From the IMG/VR virus record IMGVR_UViG_3300035698_022738, positions 1 to 64,000 of that record: DNA of 64,000 nt; one strand, written 5' to 3'. The stretch's first letter is position 1. Each line of letters opens with the position of its first letter. The stretch comes from a virus. Below the pieces are notes generated by a model that ran no database searches, had not been told where the DNA came from, and saw only the letters and a list, made by a program, of their open reading frames with translations. Shown one piece after another: positions 39,889-49,527 of the stretch. The position numbers were made by a program, and so were the translations under genes.

Positions 39889-40423
39889 TCTCGTTATACA
39901 ATATAAGCAAGCATGCCGGGAGGTCCTGGGGGCCTCTGTCAGGGTTGCCAAAAAACACTTCGAGAAATTTAATCTTGTGGAAGGTAGCCTGGCTCGGGAA
40001 GGTGTCTCACCCAGGCACTTTGCATTTTCTGTCGTGAAATATTGGAGACCATTCGTAGAATCAAAGGGTTGGCGAAGTCTCCCCATCAACATTTTCCTCG
40101 GGAAGAAAGCTCGTGACAGATACTTTGATGAGATCATCGAAAAGCCATATCTCAATCTGGGGTTCTCCGAGAAAACAAGAACTGAGTCCAATGTCCTGGC
40201 CGATGAGATATGCGTTGGTCGATATGTGATTGAGAGTTACATCTACTACGATTTGGAAGTCAGCCCAGAAGAAGCCATAGGGAATTTGAGGCTTTCAGAG
40301 GACTGGCAATTTGCCATGGAACAAGGCCAGCGACCAGTTCAAAAAGCTGCTCGGGCTCTCTGCTCTTTGTACGGGATAGACAGCAAATCATCTAACTACA
40401 ATCGATTGGCGGAGGATGCATGA
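39869..40423 (+). CDS. Hypothetical replication-module protein (start uncertain)
   Basis: ORF between two helicases; TTG start after GGAGAGG; ATGA overlap with the next gene. Confidence 0.55.
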   Translation: MPLKEPDLVIQYKQACREVLGASVRVAKKHFEKFNLVEGSLAREGVSPRHFAFSVVKYWRPFVESKGWRSLPINIFLGKKARDRYFDEIIEKPYLNLGFSEKTRTESNVLADEICVGRYVIESYIYYDLEVSPEEAIGNLRLSEDWQFAMEQGQRPVQKAARALCSLYGIDSKSSNYNRLAEDA

Positions 40424-41724
40424 AAGAGCAATATGGGTGGAGCCTTGAGTTCCGGCGCAGGATTATTGCCCTATGCCTCGATCCTACATGGTTCTCAAGT
40501 TTTGGTGTGTTAGTTATCAAACCAGAATTTTTTGATCTGGAAGAGGAGCGTGAAGTTGTCACAGAAATTATTGATTTTTACGAGAAATATCAAAGGGCTC
40601 CATATGAGGACGAGCTGCTGACAATATTCGATGGAGAGGACGATATATTTTCTGACCTTGTGGAAGAATGCTTTGACCTTCTGGAAGTGGGGGACCTTGA
40701 ATTTGCCAAGGACAGCTCCCTGCAATTTGCTAAAGAGCAAGCCATGAAAAATGCGATCCTTGCCTCTGCTGATGACATTAAGGGCGGGGACTTGTCAAAG
40801 CCAATTGAACGGGTCGAAGAGGCTATGCACGTCGGCTTGGATATCAATGATCTTGGCCTGTCCCTGAAGGATGACAGGAGTTGGGCTTATGAGGAACGGT
40901 CAGACAACAAGATGATGACTGGCTGGCATTTGGTTGACATCATGCTTGAGGGAGGTCTTGGCCCAGGTGAATTGGGAGTTATCCTGGGGTCAACAAATGT
41001 TGGCAAGACCAGAGCTCTCATCAACATCGGAGTCGGGGCCTCTGGAATTGTAGGTAGGGCAACTGTTGGACATGTGACGTTGGAGTTGTCTGCTCGAAAA
41101 GTTGCCAAGAGGTATGCAGCTCGGACGGTCTTCCGGTGGATTGGTACAGAGGACCCCGATGAGTATTTGGATGAGTTCCACGAATCTACTGCGTTCAAGA
41201 TGCCGGGGAACATTTACATAAAAGAGTTCCCAACTTCATCTGCCAGTGCGCGTGAGGTAGACATTTGGATAGAGCGTCTGAAGATGTCTGGGGTTGAACT
41301 TGATCTGCTCATCGTAGACTCTCCGGATGAGATGGCACATGAATCTATCGGAGAATATCGGCACAACATCGGCCATACGTTTAAGCTGCTTCGGGCCATT
41401 GGGATCAAGTGGGATATCCCCGTGTGGGTAGCTGCCCAGGGAACCAGAGACAGCCTATCGAAAGAAGTCGTGACCCTCAAGGATATTGCTGAGAGCTTTG
41501 ACAAGGCTCGGATAGCTGATGTTGTTCTGGCCCTATGCCAAACCGTTGCTGAAGAAGAAGATGAAAAGCTACGTTTGTTTGCGGCAAAGGTCAGGGACGG
41601 CGATAAGGGTTGGATGGTAGAATGTCATACTGACAGCGATAGTCATGCAATAATTTCTGAGAGTTTTATAACCCGGTCTGAAATGGCAGAGCGGAAAAAC
41701 GAAAGAATGCAGAGTAGGATGTAG
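40420..41724 (+). CDS. DnaB-like (T4 gp41-type) replicative helicase
   Basis: GSTNVGKT Walker A, TLE, LIVD, AAQ, AES..KAR.AD, KVRDG. Confidence 0.9.
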   Translation: MKEQYGWSLEFRRRIIALCLDPTWFSSFGVLVIKPEFFDLEEEREVVTEIIDFYEKYQRAPYEDELLTIFDGEDDIFSDLVEECFDLLEVGDLEFAKDSSLQFAKEQAMKNAILASADDIKGGDLSKPIERVEEAMHVGLDINDLGLSLKDDRSWAYEERSDNKMMTGWHLVDIMLEGGLGPGELGVILGSTNVGKTRALINIGVGASGIVGRATVGHVTLELSARKVAKRYAARTVFRWIGTEDPDEYLDEFHESTAFKMPGNIYIKEFPTSSASAREVDIWIERLKMSGVELDLLIVDSPDEMAHESIGEYRHNIGHTFKLLRAIGIKWDIPVWVAAQGTRDSLSKEVVTLKDIAESFDKARIADVVLALCQTVAEEEDEKLRLFAAKVRDGDKGWMVECHTDSDSHAIISESFITRSEMAERKNERMQSRM

Positions 41725-41733
41725 AGGAGAGAT

Positions 41734-41970
41734 ATGAGAGACATTGCACTCAGGCCGATGGTAGGCAAAAAAGAGCTTGGAGTTGACGAGCTGGGAGAAG
41801 TCTCCAAACTTTACAGCTTGTGGCAAGGCCTCTGCAAGTACGAGAGGCTGAACCATATGATACCATTTATCATCATTACATCAGATGATAATCCATACGT
41901 TGTAGAGTACAAAAATTTGTACCGTAAACTGCACCTGGCGGCGAAGCAAAAAACACAGATTGGCCGCTAA
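41734..41970 (+). CDS. Hypothetical protein
   Basis: GAGGAG RBS. Confidence 0.55.
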   Translation: MRDIALRPMVGKKELGVDELGEVSKLYSLWQGLCKYERLNHMIPFIIITSDDNPYVVEYKNLYRKLHLAAKQKTQIGR

Positions 41971-42066
41971 GGCCTGTTTCAATGTGTTCAGGTCATTTCA
42001 TGCCTATAACAACAAAAAACGTCAGGAACGGGCCTCCAGGGGCCTTAGAAGGCAGGTAGGGGGTAT

Positions 42067-42507
42067 ATGATGGGGGAAAAGACGAAAGAAGGAACGAAAA
42101 TGGCTCTCCATAAGGGTGACAGGGTGAGGATCATGGCGACTGTCGATTCTCAATACATTGGCTACTTGGAGATTCAGGAGCTTGCTAAGAGTGCAGAGAA
42201 ATCAATTGTCGTGTGGCCGAATGACGCGAGCAACCTGGAAGAACTGAGAAAATTGTGGTTGGAAAATCAGCCCAAAGTTGCTGTCAGAGAAATGCTCTCG
42301 AAGCCAGAGGTCGGGATTTTCCTTGGCTGGTCACGGAGAGCTGTTGGTCGGTATATCTCTGGCTACGATGGGGGAAATGGATTGAGTATACACAAGCTGT
42401 ACCGAGTTGGGGTTGTGGCAATCCTGGATGGGACAATCAGGTATTTTATACCTCGTTATGCTTTGCCGGATGATCTCATTCTTGTTGACCAAAGAGAGGA
42501 AACGTGA
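42067..42507 (+). CDS. Hypothetical protein
   Basis: ORF with RBS; start may be 42100. Confidence 0.55.
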   Translation: MMGEKTKEGTKMALHKGDRVRIMATVDSQYIGYLEIQELAKSAEKSIVVWPNDASNLEELRKLWLENQPKVAVREMLSKPEVGIFLGWSRRAVGRYISGYDGGNGLSIHKLYRVGVVAILDGTIRYFIPRYALPDDLILVDQREET

Positions 42508-42699
42508 TACCATTGAGTTGGATAGCAGCTTTCGATGTCTTCAGCGGCTGCATCCCTTCCTCTTGCGGGGGACGGGGTACTGACAACATACCCTGTCCCT
42601 CGCTTTGATTCAGGGACAGCCCCAGAGAGACAATCTCCTGCGTTATATATCTAAGATGGGGGAAATTTCGATGAAACTTTACAGGAAAGGGGTCGTAAA

Positions 42700-43041
42700 A
42701 TGACGAAAAAATTTGATGCACGGATTCAAGGGGAACGAAAAACGATGTCAGTCAGAGAGTTCCGTAAGCTGGGTTTTCTGCAAGAGGTCAACCGCCAAAT
42801 TCTGCACCCCATTGGTCTGGCTCTTGAGGTCAGGCTGTTGGAGGATGGGACAGAGGAATTTGGCAGGATTTGGGACAGTCGGGATGACCCGGAAGGGTTT
42901 GCCTATGTGGATGGCCCCGATCAAGAAAAAGCCATCCCCTATTTGGAGCATTGGGTACAACATGCTCGGGCTCGGGTTAAGAGATTTGGCTGGCTCATTC
43001 AGCCTGTCGGAGAAAAGATTGAGGTAAAGGATGAGGGATGA
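42700..43041 (+). CDS. Hypothetical phage protein
   Basis: RBS; follows a promoter-like motif at 42617. Confidence 0.65.
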   Translation: MTKKFDARIQGERKTMSVREFRKLGFLQEVNRQILHPIGLALEVRLLEDGTEEFGRIWDSRDDPEGFAYVDGPDQEKAIPYLEHWVQHARARVKRFGWLIQPVGEKIEVKDEG

Positions 43042-43252
43042 CATGTTTCCAGGGATCGATCCCTTGATTGGTGGGGATTCTGCTTTGTACAGAAGCCACA
43101 TTGCCTCAGCGATAGATATTCCTGAGTACAAATCCTATCTCTATTTGACTGAGTCTTGTTGGGTGCCATCCACAAAGACAATGCCCAACCGATGGATAAG
43201 GTTCTGGCACAAAGTCTTTTTTGGGTTCCGGTGGGAGGCACCAAAAGAATGA
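43031..43252 (+). CDS. Hypothetical protein
   Basis: Overlaps neighbours at both ends (coupled). Confidence 0.5.
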   Translation: MRDDMFPGIDPLIGGDSALYRSHIASAIDIPEYKSYLYLTESCWVPSTKTMPNRWIRFWHKVFFGFRWEAPKE

Positions 43253-44181
43253 TCGAAAGTTGGCTCGAACAGAACTTTGATACATTGCTGGCACGGGACG
43301 GGCAAGAGATCAGGATCAATTGCCCGTTTTGTGCTGGGGGTGATACGGATCACCACTTGTATGTCAATGTCTATGACGCCCCTGTGGCTCATTGCTTCAA
43401 GTGTGAATGGAGAGGCAATCATTATCAGTTGCTCATGCAATGCGGGATGTTTGAGACAGCTCGTGATGTATTTGATGTCTTGGAGGGTAGAGGTACTCCA
43501 GACGTTGGAGAGTTTTCTTCTTTGGCAGATAGACTGTCTCTAACGGATAAGTTGCTTGATACCCCGCAGGACCTTGAGATGCCTGACTGGTTTGTACCCT
43601 TCAAGTATGGTGGGAAGTTGGATACTCATGCGGGTATGGTTTTTCGGTACGCTTGTAACAGAATGGACCTGTCTGACATCCTTGCTTATGGAGTTGGCTA
43701 TTGCAAAGACACAACGCATCCGGCAGCTTTCAGGTTGATCCTACCTGTCGAAAGAGGGTTCTGGCAAGGCCGCTCGATATCATCTAATTCAAGGGCAAAG
43801 TATCTATCTACAAGCAGTCCCAAAGGGGATGTATTGTTCAATGCTGGTGCTTTGGATAGTCAGGGGACATTGTACATAGCTGAGGGCATACTGAGTGCTA
43901 TTGCCCTTGGACCAAAAGCTCTTGCAATCCTGGGTAAGAGAGCGACACGAGGTCAGATAAAGAGGATGTTGGCACGAGCTCAGGCCCGAGAGGTCATCAT
44001 AGCTTTGGATGCCGGGGAAGCATACAGTCCTGGGACAATCGAGTTGGCAAAGGCTTTTGCCAATATCGGGGCTCAAGTCAAAATCAGGAATTATGCTTTT
44101 GGGGACCCTGACAATTACACGGAATACACAGACATACCATTTACAGATCGGTATGAGATTGAGGCGGCACTGTCTTTTTAG
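43249..44181 (+). CDS. DNA primase (Zn finger + TOPRIM)
   Basis: CPFC...HCFKC; AEGILSA; IIALDAG; DPD. Confidence 0.85.
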   Translation: MIESWLEQNFDTLLARDGQEIRINCPFCAGGDTDHHLYVNVYDAPVAHCFKCEWRGNHYQLLMQCGMFETARDVFDVLEGRGTPDVGEFSSLADRLSLTDKLLDTPQDLEMPDWFVPFKYGGKLDTHAGMVFRYACNRMDLSDILAYGVGYCKDTTHPAAFRLILPVERGFWQGRSISSNSRAKYLSTSSPKGDVLFNAGALDSQGTLYIAEGILSAIALGPKALAILGKRATRGQIKRMLARAQAREVIIALDAGEAYSPGTIELAKAFANIGAQVKIRNYAFGDPDNYTEYTDIPFTDRYEIEAALSF

Positions 44182-44477
44182 ATGCCACACTTTTGTGGTG
44201 TGCGACGTTATATATAGTGCAGCTGGCTAAGTCAGCTGTCTCCTATGCGAGAGGCGATCCTTGATTGTATGGGGTCGCCTCTCTGCTAAAATGAGAGGTG
44301 CAAGATAAAAATAAAAGTGAGTGGAAAAGTGTACGAGGTGTCATACACTAGCAAGGGAGTATGCCTCGATTGTGGTAGTCATACCACTGTGTACCATACA
44401 GTGGATACCAAGTCTTTTCGAGACTGCGATTGCTCTGATGCTCGTAATGTAATTGAGATGGAAAGTGAGAGGCAAGT

Positions 44478-44675
44478 ATGCCACATATTGTAGGAGCCAC
44501 AATAGCCAAAGTGGATTTTGCACGATTGGTAGCAAAGGCTACAGAGACCGGGGAACCAATCCACACTGTACGGTTCAATAAGCCGTTTGCGGTCTTAGTC
44601 AGTTGTGACACTTGGCAAGCCCTGAATGACAGGGTTGATGAGTTAGAGGAAAAATTGAAAGGGGATGTAGAATGA
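44478..44675 (+). CDS. Phd/YefM-family antitoxin-like protein (orphan)
   Basis: GATIAKVDFARLV..A...EPI...NKPFAVLVS.D.W. Confidence 0.75.
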   Translation: MPHIVGATIAKVDFARLVAKATETGEPIHTVRFNKPFAVLVSCDTWQALNDRVDELEEKLKGDVE

Positions 44676-45031
44676 AACGTGTCTTGATAGTTGTGTTGTC
44701 GTTGGTGCTGTTGTTGGGATTTGTGATGGCCTGCGGTGGGACTGAAGATACCGGGGGTGCTCAGTTGAGCAAGCCGTGTGAGCCGACAATGCTTGCTGGT
44801 CGTGGAGATGATATTGTAGATGTATCCGGCGTAGAGGGCTGCACCCGTGTTGTGTATACCCACAAAGGTGAGTCAAATTTCATTGTCAAACCGTATGATT
44901 CCAGCAACGAGCTGATGTCTGGCTTTATCAACGAGGTCGGGGACTACGCTGGCACAAGCAAATGGAACCAGAGAACTGCGTCCCTTGAGATAACAGCCGA
45001 CGGGAGCTGGACAATCAATATCAGCAAGTAA
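44672..45031 (+). CDS. Putative lipoprotein
   Basis: MKR + hydrophobic core + VMA-C lipobox. Confidence 0.7.
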   Translation: MKRVLIVVLSLVLLLGFVMACGGTEDTGGAQLSKPCEPTMLAGRGDDIVDVSGVEGCTRVVYTHKGESNFIVKPYDSSNELMSGFINEVGDYAGTSKWNQRTASLEITADGSWTINISK

Positions 45032-45084
45032 CCAAATCATACTGAGCTGGTGCTCTAAGTGCCAGCTCAGTGTAAGGAGAAATT

Positions 45085-45627
45085 ATGATGGCTAAGGTTA
45101 TTCCATTTCCAAAAGGCAAATATGATATAATTCTTGCTGACCCTCCATGGAATGAGACAGGCGGGGATCGCCTCCGACGTGGTGCAGATAGACACTACGA
45201 CCTGATGAAAACAAAGGATATAGCATGTCTCCCTGTGTCGGAGATATCTGCTGACAACGCCCACCTGTACTTATGGGTAACAAACAACTTCTTGCACGAC
45301 GGCTTGCATGTGATGCAAGCATGGGGTTTCGATTACAAGACAGCAGTGACATGGGTGAAGGACAGATTTGGTCTTGGTCAATACTTCCGAGGTCAACCTG
45401 AGCATTGTTTGTTTGGTGTACGTGGGATGCTCCCTTACAAAGTTGTTGACGGGAAAAGGCAACAGGGTGTGACTGTAATCAATGCACCACGAGGGGAGCA
45501 CAGCAAAAAGCCAGAAGAGTTGCGGACAATGATTGAAAAGGTGTCTGACCGCGATGGATACAAAAAGATTGAGTTGTTTGCGAGAAATAAAGTTGCTGGT
45601 TGGGATTCGTGGGGCCTGGAAGTCTGA
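45085..45627 (+). CDS. MT-A70 family adenine methyltransferase
   Basis: ILADPPW, LYLWVTN, EHSKKP, IELFAR, GWDSWG. Confidence 0.92.
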   Translation: MMAKVIPFPKGKYDIILADPPWNETGGDRLRRGADRHYDLMKTKDIACLPVSEISADNAHLYLWVTNNFLHDGLHVMQAWGFDYKTAVTWVKDRFGLGQYFRGQPEHCLFGVRGMLPYKVVDGKRQQGVTVINAPRGEHSKKPEELRTMIEKVSDRDGYKKIELFARNKVAGWDSWGLEV

Positions 45628-45656
45628 TTGTTGCATAACTGAGAGGAACTCAAAAC

Positions 45657-45794
45657 ATGGGAAGAGACAAAAAGGATTACGGAATGGGGCGGATCGGCCT
45701 GAGAACTTGCTTTGCTTATTTCCTGATGCTGTCGATAATGGTGGTGGCTATCGGGATTACATTTTACTGCATGATCAAAGTTTTTGGAGGATAG
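45657..45794 (+). CDS. 45-aa single-pass membrane protein, copy 1
   Basis: GAGG RBS; MGRDKKDYGMGRIGLRTCFAYFLMLSIMVVAIGITFYCMIKVFGG; too short for the ORF track. Confidence 0.7.
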   Translation: MGRDKKDYGMGRIGLRTCFAYFLMLSIMVVAIGITFYCMIKVFGG

Positions 45795-45930
45795 TCCGGT
45801 TGGTTCTTTGGTCCTCATATTTCACGAGAGGACTCGGGGACTTTACGGCCCGGAATTGTAATTATATTAAAGCATATTCTCTTCAATTCGTCTCACCTCT
45901 AAAGAGGGTGGGTTTCCAGGAGGTTTTAAT

Positions 45931-46620
45931 ATGATAGGGATGGGTGTGAACTTATGGACAAAGAGTGGTGCGGGTGCTCCTGCTCCTGACCTTTGGTGGA
46001 ATTTAGATGGAACCATCGTAGATCCGCAGGTAGCTTATCAGCCAAAGGGGGCATTATCATATGCAGCCAGCAAGCTTAATTTACCAGACCCTGGAACGAA
46101 TGACGCCAGCGAAGGGACGGCACCAACCTGGGATAGTGTGAACGGTTGGACATTTGATGGTATTAACGATTTTCTACGTACTGGTGCGGTGCCAACTGTC
46201 TCAACTGGTTCTATGATTGTGCAATACGCTAATAATCCCATAGGTTCTATCGCCGATGGGCCTTGTGGTTGTCTTGCTTCGCCGTTGACGCAGGATAGAT
46301 TCTATTTTTATATAGACGGCACCAGCAACCTAACACTCTACGGCAATGGCAAATATTCTGCTGGTACTTGGATGGCTGGTGGAAATATAGCAATAGCCGG
46401 ATTGAAGGGGTATAAGAATGGAGCGTTTGATGTAAATATTGCAGCTGGTGGCGAAGCGACACATACAACTGTAGCCGTCGGTTGTTTACATTCTGTCTAT
46501 GCTCCACCTGATGATTGGGTAAATTTTTTTGATGGAAACATTATTGCATTTGCCCTCTATGATTACACTCTGACGGGACCAAACGTGACAGCACTGGCAG
46601 CGAGAATGGCAGCGATCTAA
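45931..46620 (+). CDS. LamG/concanavalin-like jelly-roll protein
   Basis: GGAGG RBS; WTFDGINDFL...FFDGNI..FALYD..LT pattern. Confidence 0.6.
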   Translation: MIGMGVNLWTKSGAGAPAPDLWWNLDGTIVDPQVAYQPKGALSYAASKLNLPDPGTNDASEGTAPTWDSVNGWTFDGINDFLRTGAVPTVSTGSMIVQYANNPIGSIADGPCGCLASPLTQDRFYFYIDGTSNLTLYGNGKYSAGTWMAGGNIAIAGLKGYKNGAFDVNIAAGGEATHTTVAVGCLHSVYAPPDDWVNFFDGNIIAFALYDYTLTGPNVTALAARMAAI

Positions 46621-46631
46621 CGGAGGAAACA

Positions 46632-46823
46632 ATGATGGATTCAAAAACGCATGTGGTCGTAATATTCCCAGACAAAACTCTGACATCGAAAGAAGTGACG
46701 TCTGTATATTGGTGGATGAAACAGTGTCTAATTGATGTGTTCCATTCACAATTTTCCTCAAACCCCGATAGTCTGACCAACGATGTCAATCCAGGTGTCC
46801 ATGATGCTGTGATGGGAGGATGA
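46632..46823 (+). CDS. Hypothetical protein
   Basis: GGAGG RBS. Confidence 0.5.
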   Translation: MMDSKTHVVVIFPDKTLTSKEVTSVYWWMKQCLIDVFHSQFSSNPDSLTNDVNPGVHDAVMGG

Positions 46824-46824
46824 A

Positions 46825-47253
46825 ATGGGCTGGTGGGGATATATCGTACTAACAAAGTCGGACAGCATCACTCAGAAGGATTGGGAAGATAAAGTCATTC
46901 CTGAACTCTGTAAGAAGTGGAATACAGCACCAAAGTCAGAGAACTGGGCGGCCAGATTATGGCCCCCAAGATTCTCGCATGATAAAACTAAGTGTATTAT
47001 TGAGTCAACCTTTGATGAGAGAGATTTGGATACACAAGATTTAACACGCTTGCCAAAGTACATGGCTGATGCACTAAATGCCGAAGAATCTGTGACAACA
47101 GTAGAGATATGCAAGGACGCACTGACTGACAAAGTGACCTGCTTTGATCTGGGTCATGAGTGGTCAATGAGTGGAGACGCATGCCGGGAATACATTGCAA
47201 AAAACAACGCAGAATGGGAAAGGCCACTAGAGTTTGAAGTGTTGGATAAGTGA
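46825..47253 (+). CDS. Hypothetical protein
   Basis: GGAGG RBS, 142 aa. Confidence 0.65.
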   Translation: MGWWGYIVLTKSDSITQKDWEDKVIPELCKKWNTAPKSENWAARLWPPRFSHDKTKCIIESTFDERDLDTQDLTRLPKYMADALNAEESVTTVEICKDALTDKVTCFDLGHEWSMSGDACREYIAKNNAEWERPLEFEVLDK

Positions 47254-47286
47254 TCTCAGGGAAACCCTGAATGAAAGGAACAGAGC

Positions 47287-47424
47287 ATGGGAAGAGACAA
47301 AAAGGATTACGGAATGGGGCGGATCGGCCTGAGAACTTGCTTTGCTTATTTCCTGATGCTGTCGATAATGGTGGTGGCTATCGGGATTACATTTTACTAC
47401 CTGATCAAATTCTTTGGGGGATAG
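47287..47424 (+). CDS. 45-aa single-pass membrane protein, copy 2
   Basis: 113 bp identical to copy 1; ends YYLIKFFGG. Confidence 0.7.
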   Translation: MGRDKKDYGMGRIGLRTCFAYFLMLSIMVVAIGITFYYLIKFFGG

Positions 47425-47439
47425 TCCGGGAGGGACAAG

Positions 47440-47730
47440 ATGAAATTCATATCTGGTTGGGGTTCTGTAATTGGTTTAACGATCATAGCCATGGTGGTAC
47501 TTCTGGTGCTTTTCGGGGTGACAGTCCAGTATGTAGAGGCTTCTCAGGACACCCCAGCAACCTATCTACAGTGTATTTCATATGAGGGCTGCTGGGTGAA
47601 AGACATTCCATCAGGAACGGCCTATCCGGTAGCCTATTCTTATTGTGTGCCATCCTACACCTCTGCTCCCCTCAAAGGAGAGTTTATCTGGAAGTATTTC
47701 TACCCAGGCCAGTATGCCCCAACAATCTGA
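47440..47730 (+). CDS. Secreted/membrane-anchored hypothetical protein
   Basis: GGAGG RBS, N-terminal hydrophobic helix. Confidence 0.6.
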   Translation: MKFISGWGSVIGLTIIAMVVLLVLFGVTVQYVEASQDTPATYLQCISYEGCWVKDIPSGTAYPVAYSYCVPSYTSAPLKGEFIWKYFYPGQYAPTI

Positions 47731-47771
47731 GAGGTTACTCTACTGACTAAGTTGACATAACTGTCCCCTTC

Positions 47772-47994
47772 TCATGAGCTCATGAACTCCTCTATCATGA
47801 GCTCTTTTTTCATGAATCCATGAGCTCATGAGCTTATTGGCCCATGGGCCGATTGAGCAAGGGCTCATGGATTCATGGAGCAAGGGCCAATTGGCCCATG
47901 AAATCATGAGATCATGAAGTCATGAATATAAGTGAAAACATGAGCTCATGAATATAAGTGAAAACATGAGCTCATGAGCTCATGAATATAAGTG
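47772..47994. repeat. CATG/TCATGA/GAGCTC palindrome array with 26-bp tandem repeats (candidate origin or packaging site)
   Basis: 18 CATG in ~215 bp; unit CATGAATATAAGTGAAAACATGAGCT at 47921 and 47947, partial at 47981. Confidence 0.9.
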
Positions 47995-48119
47995 TTTGAT
48001 GTAAAGACCATGATGTTCTTCTTGAATTTTATTTTTGATGCCACACTTTTATATGTTCTTTCGTTTTATATATAAAAAGCCAACGGAGAATCTTCAGAGT
48101 TGCCTACAAGGAGATCGAA

Positions 48120-48698
48120 ATGAGAGAGAAGATTGTAGTGGGTGTATTTGCGAGGTTGTGTTCAGTCTTGATGATATCTGTCTTGCTCTGCTGTCTGATT
48201 TTAGGGACGTGGATTTTTGAGGCCTCAATACATAGCCTTGAGGTCCAAGCTGATGGACCTGTATATCCCGGAAATTATATTGACAGCTCGGGTTACTGGG
48301 TTTGTGTCCGGCCTCCCTGTCAGTATGCTCTTCCAGGTGGGGGATTAAATTCAGCATATGACCCGTGGGAATCCTATGGTTCAACTCAGATTGTTCCCAG
48401 GCCATCAATTTCAATTGATGGTCAGAATGATTATATCGATATGCCATGGGCATACTTACCTCCATATTCTCAATGGTATTCATCCGAGACACAGAATATC
48501 CCTCAAGACCAATTGCTGTATATGGAATCTACAATTCCAGGCCCCGACTATGTAACTCCAGGACAAGCACCTGCACCAAACTTGAGCATCTATGCACACC
48601 AGGCTCAGGACTATTCTCAGGGTGTCTCACAACCTCAGCAATTAACGTCTCGGGGTTACTTCGGTCCAGGCTATGATTCATCCTGGATTCCCCAATGA
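48120..48698 (+). CDS. Secreted/membrane-anchored Pro/Gln/Tyr-rich protein
   Basis: AGGAG RBS, N-terminal TM helix, low-complexity tail. Confidence 0.6.
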   Translation: MREKIVVGVFARLCSVLMISVLLCCLILGTWIFEASIHSLEVQADGPVYPGNYIDSSGYWVCVRPPCQYALPGGGLNSAYDPWESYGSTQIVPRPSISIDGQNDYIDMPWAYLPPYSQWYSSETQNIPQDQLLYMESTIPGPDYVTPGQAPAPNLSIYAHQAQDYSQGVSQPQQLTSRGYFGPGYDSSWIPQ

Positions 48699-49126
48699 GT
48701 GATTTTGAGGTATCTCTTATTGATATAGTGGGGGGTGCATTGCATCAGATTGAGAGAGAGAAGACTCCAATTGTTCGATTCTCTGGACTAAGCCGTAGGC
48801 AGCTCGTGCATTGGTTCTTTAACTCAATTGTTAGGATCAAGTCAATAGAGATCGAAATCTATGAGCCATTTGAGGATTGTGCTGAATATTTGGTGCATTG
48901 CCGGAGTGGAAGTGAATCGTTTTTCTTAGCAATATATGAAACATATGAGCGTAGTCATAATTTGGATACAGCAGATGTAAGAATCACGATTGCTAACATT
49001 GAGAATGCAAAGAAGTATCTGAGTGAGATGTGCAGGCTTATAGATGGTTTGTTAGTTGACATGAACTCTGTTCGTGATTTCTATTGTCTTCGATCTGAGA
49101 CGTGTGGAAAGGAAAAGAACGCATGA
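48695..49126 (+). CDS. Hypothetical protein
   Basis: ATGA coupling at both ends. Confidence 0.6.
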   Translation: MSDFEVSLIDIVGGALHQIEREKTPIVRFSGLSRRQLVHWFFNSIVRIKSIEIEIYEPFEDCAEYLVHCRSGSESFFLAIYETYERSHNLDTADVRITIANIENAKKYLSEMCRLIDGLLVDMNSVRDFYCLRSETCGKEKNA

Positions 49127-49419
49127 ACATGGTCAAGATTGATGGATGGTTTGTAGATATTTCTGACGTAGCGTCTACGGCAAAGCCGTGTGATATGGCT
49201 GAGTTGCTGAAAGATTATTCGTCTCGATCTGATCCAAGAGAGGTTGCCAAGTTTTTGGCTGCGTGGTCCTCATCTGATCAGGCACAGACTATTCGATTTC
49301 TGCGTAATTTGCTTTTGTCATATGCTGAGACGCCAGATGATCTTATTGATGACAATACAGAGCGGGAACGACATTTCTGTCAGCGGGTGGAACAATTTTG
49401 GCAGGCAGGCATGTTATGA
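49123..49419 (+). CDS. Hypothetical protein
   Basis: ATGA overlap start. Confidence 0.6.
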   Translation: MNMVKIDGWFVDISDVASTAKPCDMAELLKDYSSRSDPREVAKFLAAWSSSDQAQTIRFLRNLLLSYAETPDDLIDDNTERERHFCQRVEQFWQAGML

Positions 49420-49498
49420 TGGGCTTATTGGATGTGGATAGTTTTGTAGTGAGTCGAAAAGTTTTTCCAGAATTCCCCAAAAATTTTCGATCCCGTAT

Positions 49499-49527
49499 TT
49501 GACTTTACATGTAACATGTGGTATACT
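49499..49527 (+). promoter_or_regulatory. Strong sigma70-type (early) promoter with extended -10
   Basis: TTGACT-17 nt-TATACT with TG; AT-rich upstream; spacer contains ACATGT-A-ACATGT. Confidence 0.8.

Noticed and set aside
7247-42052. Similar intergenic stretches AAAACG...GGGCC...GGGGCCTTA..AGG at ~7247-7284 and ~42016-42052
   Set aside because: Only two short, gapped copies; I cannot distinguish them from chance or generic bent-DNA sequence without more genome.
44219-45070. Hairpins at 44219-44239, 44249-44284 and 45042-45070 as terminators or tRNA
   Set aside because: The stems are real but lack U-tracts and cloverleaf/T-loop features; function unassigned.
45656-47430. Duplicated segment as a DGR template/variable repeat pair
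   Set aside because: The mismatches are not adenine-specific (G/A, A/C, G/T, T/C, A/G) and there is no reverse transcriptase in the window.
45533-47585. ORF-track calls 45533-45934 and 47271-47585
   Set aside because: These are shadow frames of the duplicated 45-aa gene, which has an RBS, a TM helix and a conserved stop in both copies.
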